Positions 25,258 to 38,207 of a stretch of DNA of 64,000 nucleotides are shown one piece after another. The notes beneath the pieces are model-generated. The model was not told the origin of the DNA. It saw nothing but the letters and a program-made list of their open reading frames with translations, and ran no database searches. The position numbers and the translations under genes were made by a program. How positions within the stretch are numbered: position 1 is the stretch's first letter; the number at the start of each line of letters is the position of its first letter. Source of the stretch: Felis catus (lineage: Eukaryota). The stretch covers positions 17,858,001-17,922,000 of the forward strand of contig NC_058368.1 of assembly GCF_018350175.1 (NCBI RefSeq), in the 5' to 3' direction.

Positions 25258-28039
25258 CTACGAATTCTAATGCTTACAACATGCTCAGGCATAAGCATAT
25301 TATTTTACATCTTTACCTGCTGTCATATATGCAACCAAAAGCTAAAAATACAAAACTTCACATTCAATGTATGTGACATCTCCCCAAAGAAACAGAAATG
25401 AACTGTCTAATGATACAAATTACTTAATTAAAATGAATTTTACTACAACTAAGATTTTTAGATTTTCTCATCAACTAGGGAGAATAGAAGAACTTTTATT
25501 TTCCTCAAAACTCGAGCTTTCTTCCTAGACATTTCATTTCAGATTGGTTCACACAGACACCTTTTTTCTCCTTAACAGTCTTCTCTGGGCATTTGGTGAG
25601 AATTGAAAAGAGAAAAGAACATCCACCTGAGGGAGGACCCAGGAGGAAACGGGAGGCTTAAAATCAACCATATATAGATGTTTTGATGCCAAAACATCCC
25701 AGGAATCACTGCTGTCTCCAAGTTATATATGGTAGAATCTGAATGGAATACAGTCATCAGGCACGTCTCAGTGGGATTCAGGACAAAGCAGTGTGAGAAT
25801 TTTGTCAAGTCAGACATTCCCTGAGGGCCTACTATGTGCAAGGAGTTGTGCAAGACCCTCAGGGAAATTTAGTAAGACACTACTGAAGGAGGTGAGGAAC
25901 ATTCCCGGGAGGAATTAAAGATTTAGGGGAGATATGAGAGCTGTCCAAAAAACTTGAGGGCTCTCAGGCAGAAGAAGGATTCAATTTATTCTCAGAGCCT
26001 CCTGAATGCAGAGTTTAATCAAGTGGTTCAAACCCTGCTTAGCCTGCTTTTGGCTAAAAGAAAGACAAACTGTCTTCCAGAACTATCCAGTGACACTGAG
26101 GTAGTGAGTTCCCTCTCACCGAATATGTTCAAACGAAAGCTTGGGGCTCCGTGGAAGGATTCAGGTGTCAGGGAGAGAATACACGATTCCCTGATGCCTT
26201 CCAAATCTGAGACTGTCCCATTAGGTTCATTCTCTCCACAGGCTTCTAGTGATGGAGTCAACAACAATAGCTACTTTTATACATTGTCTAAATAATACTT
26301 TGCCTGCAGTATAAGTAAAAATATTATCATCTATTCAATGATGCATGACCTACTATCCCAAAGGAATTATCCATAACTTCTTCAGTCCTTACCAGTCACT
26401 GTAAAGGATCTGTGACACATCTCTCCCGCTATGGCCTGCCACTAAATTTCGATCAAGCCTATAATCAAGTCTGACCATTTTGTCATGAAGGTGACCCAGA
26501 CAAAATAACCCCAAGTATATCACTGCAAGAAATAGAATTAAGATAACATAGCTTCATTTTACACTGTAATCTTACACGGTACCTTCATTATAAGACCACT
26601 TGCTTGGGAACAGCGTGATGGTTTCCAATATTCGGCACTGGCTTCATGGGGCTTAATATTCCTATTCTGTGACCAACGAGGCAGTTACTTGTGATTAGGG
26701 GGGGATAAGAGGCAACCGTAAACTATATTTGGATGGGGGCCCGTTGTTACAGCTGCTAATACCTTTGCCAAGTACTTAACGAGGGTTGAGGATCCTAATA
26801 TACGGTGCTGAACCCAAAGCCCAACCTTGAGAACCGACCTCAGGGGTTGGAGCTCCAAATGGAAAGGGGTAAACATCTGTCAAAGTTAAGTTCCATCTGA
26901 TTTCACGCTCCGACAAGCAGTGGAAACATGAATCACCTAATTTTCTACCCAGCGAGGCTAGTATGATGGTCCACTGTGAGACACGTTTCACAGTCTTTTT
27001 TATTTTATTTTACTTTATTTTATTTTAATTTGTATTTGTATTCTATTCTATTTTTTTGCTCGTCACCCCTAAACTAATAAGGGCCACCGCCGTTCAGCAG
27101 CTTAGTCAACAGAGCTCCATCATTCTGTTGGCCCCTTAGGAGGGAAGGAAGTGTGCAGAAGAAAGCCTGGCTGGGAGAGGGGGGGGTGGGAGAGAAGGGA
27201 GGAGGTCGGATAGGGATTGAGAAAGGTGTGGAAAAAGAACGTGAGACCTCACATGTAATCTGAAGCTGAGGCAGCCATGTAATTATAAAGCTAGCTTTTC
27301 TTTCACTTGACAGCACAAGAAAAGGAGGTGAAGAGAGGCTCTTAAATGAAACATGACATTCCCTTATTAAAGTCTGATTTAGATTTTAAATGGCTTAGTG
27401 CTTTGCATTTACTTCCACACTCTGGGCTATCCACGGAGTAGGTGCTTAGTAGAAAGAGAAACTACAATTTTTACGGAACAGTAGGTATGTTTCTAAACAA
27501 ACGCTTTCTTTATCAACATTTTTATGCTAATTGAGAGCTTTTTAGATTAGCCAAGCGATAGGTGGCCACCTTTTGGTCAGCATAGATGTATCTTAGCTTC
27601 CAGGGAAAACACGCAGTATGCCTTTCATTGAAAAATGACATGATGCATAATGTGTGCAACGCATTAAGAATTTATTGCCCGTTCCTGCTGCAGTTCCTCT
27701 ACTGGGGGTAGCCCACGGAAACTGCAAGTCTCTACAAGCAGCGCTCTGTGGCCCCCATGAAATTGGAGCATTGCATGCTGGGACCTGTAGCCCCCAAACG
27801 GGAGGGCAGCTGCTGTGCATATCCCACGTGGTGAGTGGTCTGACAAGTTTCAGGGTTTACTTTCCGCCCCACAGCCAACGATGGACTTCTCCAAGGATGG
27901 ACGCCTCTTCTCTCCTCCCCACACCCACCTTAACCGCCCTCCCATCCCAAGGGACATTTCCTCCCAGAGTGGATATGAAATGCCCCAAATTGCTGCATCT
28001 GCTTGATAAATCTTATCAATAAGATTCATAATAATGCAT

Positions 28040-28230
28040 GATATTTATTGAACACCTTGCATATTGCCAAATATTTTATATACATCATCTACACATGACA
28101 TGGATATTATTGACCTCATTTTATAGAAGAGGAAAGTGAGGCTCGAAGAATGCAATTTACCCACAGGTACATAGCAAGTAAGTGAGAGATCCAAGATCTC
28201 AGCCCAGGCCTTCGGCTTTCAGTCCAGGTC
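28040..28230 (-). mobile_element. MIR remnant
   Basis: cattttatagaagaggaaagtgaggctc core. Confidence 0.7.
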
Positions 28231-28371
28231 TTTCCTGAATTCCACCCTCCTTCCTCTCGTCCTTAATTTTCCATACTCTGGTTTCTCTTCAGATCATATA
28301 AATCTTTCACCTTTTACTTAATTTTCCTTTGTCCTTCTTATCCCTCCGCTTTCCTTCCTTTCCCTTTCTTT

Positions 28372-29790
28372 TTAACATCTTTACTCAGGTATAATTGACA
28401 TAGAATAACCCGAATTTACTTAACGTGTACAGTTTTATCAATTTTGATGCGTATACAACAGTAACAACATCACCATAATTAAGATAATAAATATATCCAG
28501 CAGCCCATCAAGCTTCCTCCTGATCCTTTAGAACTCCTCCCTGCTCCCATTCCACAATCTCCTGTCCCAGGCAACCACTAGTTCTGTTTTTGTTCACTCC
28601 AGAGTAGTGTGACTTCTAATTTGATATAAATGGAATCATACAGTATACACCCTTTTTTTCTCTAGCTTCTTGCACTTAGCATAATTATTTTGAGATCTGT
28701 CCATGCTGTCACATGTATCATCAATCCCTTCTTTTTTATTGCTACTATTCCAGTATATGCATATACCACAATTTGTTCATCCATTCACCTGTTGATGAAC
28801 CTCTGGACTGTTTCCACTTCAGGGTTAGGACAAGCACTCACATACGAGTCACTGTATGAGTATATGCATTCATTTCTCTTTGGTAAATACCTAGGAGGGG
28901 CATGGCTGCGGAATACAGTATCTGTATGTTTAACATTTTTAGAAAACTTTTTTTTAATGTTTATTTATTTTTGAGACAAGAGAGAGACAGAGTGTGAGCA
29001 GGGGTGGCACAGAGTGAGAGGAGGCACAGAATCCGAAGCAGGCTCCAGGGTCTGAGCTGTCAGAGCAGAGCCCAACGTGGGGCTCAAACTCACAGGCCAT
29101 GAGATCATGACCCGAGCCGAAGTTGGACGCTTAACCGACTGAGCCACCCAGGCTCCCCTTGTATGCTTAACTTTTTGAGAAGCCGCCAAGTTGTTTTCCC
29201 AAGTGGCTGTACCATTTTGCATTGCCAGCAGCAGAGCGTGAGAGCTTTGGTTCATCCACATTCTCACTAACACTAGGTATGGGAGGCTTCTTAACTTTAT
29301 TCATTCTGATGGGTGCCCAATGATAGCTCATTGTGGTTTTAATTTACACTGCGCTAATGACAAATGATGTTGAACATCTTTTCATGTGGCTATTTGCTAC
29401 TTACGTATCTTCTTTGTTGAAACATTTTGCCCATTTTTAATTGCATGGTTTTTATCTTATCCTTGAGTTTTGAGTGTTTTTAAACATTTTGGATACAAGT
29501 CCTTTATTGGATGCACAATTTGCAAATATTTTCTCCCAGTGTATTTCAAAGAAGAGATGTTCTTAATTTTGACAAAGTCAGATTTAGTCATTTTTTGTGT
29601 TTACGGATCATGCTTTTGATGTTGTAGCCAAGAAATCTTAGCCTAAGACAAGGTCACAAGTATTTCTTCCTGTGTTTTCTCCTAGAGGCTTTATAGTTTG
29701 GGGTTTTACATTTAGGAATATAGTATGTCTGGGGTTAATTCTGAACATGGTTTGAGGTGTGGGCTGAAGTTCTTGATTGCATACGTATTT
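28372..29790 (-). mobile_element. Old L1 (L1MB/L1MC-like) 3' end and ORF2 tail
   Basis: ggtataattgacata, ccaggcaaccact, aaatggaatcatacagtat, gatgttgaacatcttttcatgt antisense L1 motifs. Confidence 0.88.
28936..29158 (-). mobile_element. SINE nested in old L1
   Basis: TSD tgtatg(t/c)ttaac at 28923-28934 and 29160-29171. Confidence 0.95.
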
Positions 29791-30788
29791 TTTATTTGAT
29801 TATTTTATTTCATTATTCTCTATTTGACTATTTAAAATGTTTTCTTTTTGACTGTTTAAAAGTATCTTTCTCTTCCAATTCTATTATCAATTCTTTTTCT
29901 TCAGGAATGCCAAGGTGATCAATAAAGAAGAGATTTTAAAATAAAGACAGCATCAACCAGACAACGTTAAAGTAACAACTGACGAATTCTCAGACATCGA
30001 ACAGGCTCCGTGAGAGGAACCCACTACCGTACAGAGCATCCTGAGAGAAGGCTGAGCCCACTCGATTGCCCATCTGCTGGGGATCCAGTAAATGTGCACG
30101 GTCCTGCACGTTTACAGGATCTTTGCAATCAAAGCGTCTCACCGGAGGCTGAAAAACTAAAGGTAATATCCGATAAAGGCAGAGTTCAATCTATCGAATG
30201 ATACATTCTGAGCAGTGCTGGTTTACAAGTAACGTTTCTCCAGTTTCTTTTATCTTTGTTTTATTTTTCCCTCCAATTTTAAGACCCCTTTTTACAGGAC
30301 ACTTTTTTTCCCCCCAGAAATGCTACTTTTGCCTGGGGCAACCTGAACTGGAAATGTCTACAGTAACTGCCAAGAGCACTGCTTTGTCTCTTCCCAGGGG
30401 TAGGTCACTAAAGACTCAAAATCTAGAAGAAACTATTTTTTCTGTTCCTCCAGGATTCTATTTTTAGCACTGCGGGGTGGCCATGGTGGGCACCTGGGAA
30501 ACTTTTTTACAGGGCCTGAAATCAATGGATCTGTACCTTAAATTCTTCACCAAACCTTATGTTAATCAAGATATCAGCATGTATCTTTCCAGAAAAAAAG
30601 TAAAGGAAAAAAAAAAAAGACTGAATGGGGGAGAAGGTAACAAGTTAGGGGTCAGAGAATTTAGTTGAAAGTAAGTATTCTTTACAGACAGTGATAACTT
30701 TTCTTCCTGGGTGGAAAATTTTAAGTAAAACAAAACAAAACAAAAAAATAGTCAAAGAGAAAAACAGCAATTTAAAATACTGAATTTA

Positions 30789-30990
30789 AGGGCACCTAGG
30801 TAGCTCAGTCAGTTAAGCTCTTGGTTTAGGATCAGGTCATGATATGGCTCGTGGATTTGAGCCCCACAACGGGCTTTGAGCGGGCAGCATGGAGCCTGCC
30901 TGGGATTCTCCCTTTATCCCTCTCTCTGCCCCTTCCCTGCTCACTCTCTCTCTCTCTCAAAGTAAATAAATTAACATTTTTTAAATAAGA
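30789..30990 (+). mobile_element. SINE (diverged)
   Basis: gggcacctaggtagctcagtcagttaag head, CT linker. Confidence 0.9.
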
Positions 30991-32611
30991 ATAAAATATT
31001 CAATTATATCTGAAATTAAATTACTGGAACTGGTATCCTTGATTATTATTTTTAAAATATTTTCTCATAAAGTATTACAAATATACAGAAAATCATGGGT
31101 ATTTTAAGTCATGGACAATATAATGAGCATTTCTCTATCCACTTATCAATTTATTAATCTTAACATTTTACTAAATTTGTTTATTTCTTAATATAATACT
31201 ATAATAATCATTCTTGATTAAAAATTTACAAATAAGAATAAACTGCAAGGCAGGAAAAATATACTTCCTCCCATTTTCTACACGCATTGGTAATCAATCA
31301 TGGCACTCTTTGTTTCTAACTGCTATCAATTGATTAAAATTGGTTCCAAAAAAAAAAAAGGAAAGAAAGAAAATGTAATCCCCATTCCTGACACACGAAT
31401 AAGAGGCATGAACAAAGGGTTCAACCTAAAGACAGGGAAAAATTGAACTTTCTAGACCAATTAGCTTGACTTTATGAATAATTACAGAAATTTTGCTTTA
31501 TGAAAAATGAAGAACCTCAAGCCGCGCTATTTTCTTTCTGTGAAAAATGCAAAGTATTTCATGAAAAGACAAAGGTTAAGAAAGTAATGAAAACTATTCT
31601 TGTGTCTGAATTTTAGTAATGTTTAAGAATCAATCACTAATTTAAAGTCTAGTTTTCTCTGGATCGATGGTTATGTGGAAAAGGTATTTGCTATCTATTT
31701 TTCTGTGCTCCATAGTAAGATTTCCCCTACCATTGGGTATCTGCCTCATGGAACAAAAAAAGGTGCAGAGCCGTCCTGAGAAATGCTTCTCGATAATACC
31801 AATGACTTAGGGTCCCTTCCTGCATCGTCCTTTGTAACTTCCTATCGTTCCCTCACTATTTTCCAGCACTTTCTGGAGCACATACCTGCTAAATTTCTCA
31901 CCCAACCCAACCAATGCCTGCGGGTTCTCTGACAGTTTCCTTCTCCAGACAAGGGGTTCACAGGACTCTCCCCGAGACCATATACTCATACCTATCGTTT
32001 TCCGGTTCAGAAGTGGGATGAGTAGTTAAGATGCTTTTTATTGGACGACATAAGAAATCCTAAGATTCAATCTTTAAATGTTTATCTATGACTCCAACAA
32101 CTCCCCGATTCTTACTTTCTCCTTCATGCTCAATGCCCTGGCTTCATGTAACCTCTCATCTCACCCTAACTCCTCCATCCTTGTGACCTCTGCTTCCCTG
32201 CCTGAACACCAAGCTGTCCCTGTCATAGTACGTAAAATACGAAAGAGAGAAAATTTCTCTCTGTCATCAGTTACAAAATGATTAAGCCAATCGTATCCTC
32301 CTCTATTTTACTCTGTGAAGTTGTTTTTGGAAAATATTCATATCTTCTGACTGCTCTTCTATTCTAAAAACAGGTAGAGTGGCTTGACTGGGCTGGGACG
32401 TCTGGAATCTGGAAGACGATAATCTGGAAGAAATAAGAATGCAGGCTCTCTTCCTGACAGTTTTGTTCTGGGAACTATCTCTTGCCTTGACAGGGTTTGG
32501 ATGTCAGGCAGGAGTTGGAGAGGCCCACCCAGTCGTGTGCTACATTGTTCTGCCTTTCATTTCTCTGCTGTTGGCCACTAGACAAACCACATTCATCAGG
32601 ACTTGGGGCCA

Positions 32612-32738
32612 GGGGCGCTTGCGTGGCTCATTTGGCTACGTGACCAACTCTTGATTTCAGCTCAGGTCATGATCAGTTCATGAGATCTAGCCCCGCATCA
32701 GGCCTTTGCTGATAGCTTGGAGCCTGCTTGGGGTTCCC

Positions 32739-32771
<33 letters not shown>

Positions 32772-32857
32772 GCCTCTTCCCCTGCTCTCGCTCTTACTCT
32801 CTCTTAAAAACAAACAAACAAACAAACAAACAAACAAACATTAAGGGAAAAAAGAAA
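32612..32857 (+). mobile_element. SINE with (CAAA)n tail
   Basis: Head ggggcgcttgcgtggctca, CT linker. Confidence 0.92.
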
Positions 32858-33276
32858 GCCTATGGCCCAAATGTGCTGGGTACTATTAGAGAAAAATATC
32901 CTCATTGGTTACTGACCTTGCCCCCCTGGTTCCCATTTCCTTCCTTTGGAAGCTCAAAGATCATTTTTTTGAATAATAGTAAATAAGCTTAAAATTTTAC
33001 TAACTGGAAATAGCGGTTGGGAGAGTGTTTGTCCTAGATTAGGTTTCTTCCAGTTGGAAGTAGAAGGAAATGATACATTTGGCAACTCTTTTCTTCTAAT
33101 CAGCAAGGTAATCTTCTCAGCCCCCATCGCTCTTACTCCCAAATTGGTATCACCTTCTACACACAGTCCTGCTTCTCAGTTGTATTTCTATTCTACATCT
33201 TCCAGTGGCCTTCTTTATTTGAATCTCTCAAAATCATCTTTGGAAGGCTTAAGGACCAGAAGTACCTAAAGATAGA

Positions 33277-33485
33277 GGGGCACCTGGGTGGCTCAGTTAG
33301 GTAAGCATCCAATTCTTGACTTCAGCTTGATTTCGGCTCAGGGCATGATCTCACAGTTCATGAGTTCGAGCCCCGAGTCGGGCTCCGTGCTAACAGCACA
33401 GAATCTGCTTGGGATTCTCTCTCCCTCCCTCTCTGCCCCTTCTCCCTGCTTCTCTCTCTAGAAATAAATAAATAAACTTAAAAAA
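33277..33485 (+). mobile_element. SINE
   Basis: TSD taaagataga at 33267-33276 and 33486-33495. Confidence 0.95.
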
Positions 33486-33589
33486 TAAAGATAGACAATT
33501 CTGAGAGCAAAGAAATAAGTAGGCATGTTCTCATGTTCTCTTGGATGCTTAGAAAGCTGGTTCATGGGGAAATGTGAAAATGAGGAAGA

Positions 33590-33800
33590 TAAACTGTACT
33601 TTATTGAGTGCCTACTATGTGCCAGGCACTGTAGAAGCTTTCATGTTGCCATATTTATCCTTCACAATAATGCTATGAAGTATTATTTCCATGCTACGGG
33701 TGGGAAACTTAACTTTTAGAGAGACTCAATTTCATTGCCCAAGGTAATAAATCTTCTTAGTCAAGGTCTAAATCCAGAGCCTAGGATCCTGGTCCTTGTG
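33590..33800 (-). mobile_element. MIR remnant
   Basis: ttattgagtgcctactatgtgccaggcactgt...ttgcccaaggt. Confidence 0.7.
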
Positions 33801-34387
33801 ATCACAACATGTAATGTGACCCCCATTACCTTGGATGCCTTTCTCCAACTGCACTCAGAAAGTATTTATTATGTGTTTTATGATTCCTACCAAACTGGTA
33901 TATTGTGGGATAAATAATATATACAGTTTCGTCCTGCCCTCAACAGTTTTAGTGTGAATATATTCCATTACTTTCAATTAAGAGCCATGTAATCATAAAA
34001 AGTTGGGGGGAGGGCAAGAGGGCAGCAGAGAGTGAAATATAATCAATATGTTAGAAAAGGAAAGTCTTGATGAATTGACGGAGACGTGGGAAACCCCACC
34101 AAAAAAGGGCTAATTAAAGTAAGCCTTAATGGAGCTTAAGATTTTATCTACGCTCACCCTCCCCTTGCACCTTGTTTAACAGATGATTCAGTGTTAGAGG
34201 CAGGGGGGGTCTCCCAACAGTAACTGTAGCTCAATCTTACCATTGCACAGATGAAGACCCTCAGGTCAAGAGGAAGAAACTCAATAAAATCTGCCCAGCT
34301 AAAGAGGATCAAACTTGGACTTTGAACTTCTCTGTTGTCCAATTTTATGCCTCTTCCACATGCTTTAGTGCAAAGTATTCTTAACAT

Positions 34388-34530
34388 TCGTTCATTCATT
34401 CATTCATTCATTCATTCATTCTTCAAAAAAATATTAAGTCCCAAGTGTGTTCCAGATACAGTGATAGATGCTGGAGAAATAAGAGGGAACATGCCAAGTG
34501 TGGTCCCTGCCTCGCAGAGCTTATAGATGG
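34388..34530 (-). mobile_element. L2 3' end with (TTCA)n
   Basis: ttcattcattcatt followed by gtgtgttccagataca...gtccctgcctc. Confidence 0.75.
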
Positions 34531-34735
34531 ATACAGATTCTCGCCACCCCCATATAGCTAATAATAAAGTCATAGGATAGAGCTACAGAACATTTGTTTC
34601 CCCTTCCTTACGTTTAGATGATGATTAACTATCTGTGAATATTAGTCTATTTTCATACAAATGTTTCCTTTTAACTTTCTCAGTTCCATGACTACCATCT
34701 CTGCTTGCAGGAAGGCAAGAAAGAATTGTTTAGAT

Positions 34736-34911
34736 CAGTGGTCCTCAAACTTTAATGTGCATGAAAATCACTTGGAAGATTAATTAAAACACAGATTGCT
34801 AGACTCTACCCCGGAGTTTGTGATATAGTACATAAGGGATAGGACCAAGGATTTACATTTCTACAGAGTGACACTGATGCTGCTGTGGGCACCACACCTT
34901 GAGAACCACTG
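34736..34911. mobile_element. MER5A-like hAT MITE
   Basis: TIRs cagtggtcctcaa / ttgagaaccactg. Confidence 0.88.
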
Positions 34912-36477
34912 ACTTAGATCAACCCCAGAATGAAGAGCCTCCCACACAAGAAACTTAGGACAGAGTGGATGGCTCATATCATCTCTTACCTGTAGTAATG
35001 AGTACTATTATTCTGATTTCACACATGAGGAAGCTGAGGCAAGTGAAAATAGCAAGGGCTTGTCCTAGAATGTGTCTCTTGACTAATAATGACTGCAACA
35101 AGTCAGATTTCTCCAAGCAAAATTGAAAAGGTGTTACAGAGACTAATACTTAGAGCTTTACGCAACATCCAAGGAATGGTCCCCTCTTTCCAACTCTTGA
35201 GAACCAGTCAAAAAAAACTAATGGGTCTGTCCTGAGTCCACTCTCCAACCTGATTCTTGAAGTCCGACAATTAATCTTCATAATCCCTACTCCTGGCTGT
35301 CCTACTTCTCCACGAGAAACTGGGTGATTCATGAAGGATCTTTTAGACTGAGAGTTAGGGGACCCACGTTCTGGTTCAGACTTAGACACTAAGTATTTAA
35401 ACTGGTTGAATTAAAGTAAGTAGGATCATTTCCTTCACCTGTGAACTGAATGATTGGCAAGATGACTTCTCAAGTCCCATCAGTGGACCGTGAAGGGACT
35501 AAAAACTGGAGTAGAAGAAGGGGGGGAGCCACAAATGACAAAGTTCAAAGTGCAACGGTGTCTTCTGCAGACACAGGAGGAGAACGTCATCTTCTCCCTG
35601 CACCTGCGGACCGGCAGACTGGTAGTCTTCGAGTCCATTCAGTCTACTCCCTGTTTACACTGACAAAGGAAAGGTGGTCTGGCGTCGACGCTGTCGCCCT
35701 GGCACCCCCGTTTGCACCTGTCACAAATGGGTTCCACAATAATCTAAGCAGGAGCACAGCGCTAAATGTGAAAACAAAATTTACCAAAGAAACGTGAGCC
35801 GCGAAACCTGCCTGAGTAGCTCATTACTATTCAGCGAAGTTACCTGAGCGCCAAGGGATGGGAGGAGGGAAAGGCATACCCCTTTGTCAACTCAGCATAG
35901 CTCCAAAACCAGGGGCAGGGAAGGAGCAGCAGAGCACCAACAGAAATGCAAATGAATTTCTGCCCTTGCACAGAAAGGAAAGAATTTAATATTCCCAAAG
36001 CTGAAGAAACCAACCAAGGACACAACTGGTGGAGGTGAAAATTTTAATTCCAGCCAGCCAAACGACGAAAGAAAAAATAGTGAAGTGCTAAAATAAAAGG
36101 ACTCTTAGCTCCCATGTCATGCCACAAATTAGAAACAAGCTCAAAGAACGTGTAAAACGAACATGTGAGTTTTCTAGGCATTTGTGGGAATAGAAAAATC
36201 AATACGTAACTACCAAAGCTGTCCTACACATTCTTTTTAGGGCTGCCTGAGCCACTGCTGTTGAACTTCATTCATTTGATCCTGATGGGACTCGAAACCC
36301 CTTTCAATGGAGTGGCTGCACCTCTAACAGCTCTGTCCACTTCACCTATAAAGAAGCTTATTCTGTTTTACACTTGACGGTTTTTCTGACAAAATGCTGT
36401 CCCTGCCTGTTAGCTCCACTTACAAAGCAATCCAAACCCAGGAGGAGCCTTACTGCGGTCAAGAAGTGACGTGCCCT

Positions 36478-36698
36478 GGGGCGCCTGGGTGGCTTAGTCG
36501 GTTAAGCGTCCGACTTCGGCTCAGTTCATGATCTCACGGTCCGTGAGTTCGAGCCCCGCGTCGGGCTCTGTGCTGATGGCTCAGAGCCTGGAGCCTGTTT
36601 CCGATTCTGTGTCTCCCTCTCTCTCTGACCCTCCCCCGTTCATGCTCTGTCTCTCTCTGTCTCAAAAATAAATAAACATTAAAACAAAATTAAAAAAA
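36478..36698 (+). mobile_element. Young SINE directly upstream of L1
   Basis: CpG-intact body; TSD aagaagt(g/a)acgtgccct at 36461-36477 and 36699-36715. Confidence 0.97.
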
Positions 36699-36714
36699 AA
36701 GAAGTAACGTGCCC

Positions 36715-38207
36715 TAATAGCCAAAGTAATATTGAAGAAGAAGACCAAAGTGGGAGGCATCACAATCCCAGACTTTCACCTCTACTACAAAGCTGTCATC
36801 ATCAAGACAGCATGGTATGGGCACAAAAACAGACACATAGACGAATGGAATGGACTAGAGACTCCAGAATTGGACCCACAAAAGTACAGCCAACTAATCT
36901 TTGACAAAGCAGGAAAGAATATCCATTGGAAAAAAGGCAGTCTCTTTAACAAATGGTGCTGGGAGAACTGGACAGCAACATGAAGAAGAATGAAACTAGA
37001 CCACTTTCTCACACCATTCACAAAAATAAACTCAAAATGGATGAAGGACCTGAATGTGAGACAGGAAAACCATCAAAACCCTAGAGGAGAAAGCAGGAAA
37101 AGACCTCTCTGACTTCAGCCACAGCAATTTCTTACTTGACACATCTCCAAAGGCAAGGGAATTAAAAGCAAAAATGAACTACTGGGACCTCATGAAGATA
37201 AAAAGCTTCTGCACTGCAAAGGAAATGATCAACAAAACTAAAAGGCAACCAACGGAATGAGAAAAGATATTTGCAAATGACATATCGGACAAAGGGCTAG
37301 TATCCAAAATCTATAAAGAGCTCACCAAACTCCACACCCGAAAAACAAATAGCCCAGTGAAGAAATGGGCAGAAGACATGAATGGACACTTCTCTAAAGA
37401 AGACATCCAGATGGCCAACAGACAAATGAAAAGATGCTCAACGTCACTCCTCATCAGGGAAATACAAATCAAAACCACACTGAGATATCACCTCACGCCA
37501 GTCAGAGTGGCTAAAATGAACAAATCAGGAGACTATAGATGCTGGAGAGGGTGTGGAGAAACGGGAACCCTCTTGCACTGTTGGTGGGAATGCAAAGTGG
37601 CGCAGCCACTCTGGAAAACAGCGTGGAGGTTCCTCAAAAAATTAAAAATAGAACTACCCTATGACCCAGCAGTAGCACTGCTAGGAATTTACCCAAGGGA
37701 TACAGGAGGGCTGATGCATAGGGGCACTTGTACCCCAATGTTTATAGCAGCACTTTCAACAATAGCCACATTATGGAAAGAGCCTAAATGTCCATCAACT
37801 GATGAATGGATAAAGAAGTTGTGGCTTATATATACAATGGAGTACTACTTGGCAATGAGAAAGAATGAAATATGGCCTTTTGTAGCAACATGAATGGAAC
37901 TGGAGAGTGTTATGCTAATTGAAATAAGTCAGGCAGAGAAAGACAGATACCATATGTTTTCACTCTTATGTGAATCCTGAGAAACTTGACAGAAGACCAT
38001 AGGGGAGCGGAAGGGGGAAAAAAAGTTAGAGAAGGAAGGGGGCAAACCATAAGAGACTTTTAAAGACTGAGAATAAACTGAGGGTTGATGGCAGGTGGGA
38101 GGCAGGGGAAAGTGGGTGATGGGCATTGAAGAGGGCATCGGTTGGGATGAACACTGGGTGTTGTATGGAAACCAATTTGACAATAAATTTCATATTAAAA
38201 AAAAAAG
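36715..38207 (+). mobile_element. 5'-truncated felid L1 (L1_Fc-like): ORF2 C-terminal part, 3'UTR and poly(A); non-functional
   Basis: ORF-track peptides ([34 protein letters not shown]) are L1 ORF2; in-frame stops at 36981-36983 and 37891-37893; aataaa plus A tail; TSD copy at 38208-38223. Confidence 0.98.

Noticed and set aside
36732..37893. Longest ORF (178 aa) and a neighbouring 83-aa ORF as a host gene
   Set aside because: They are L1 ORF2 fragments broken by stops, inside a 5'-truncated insertion with TSDs.
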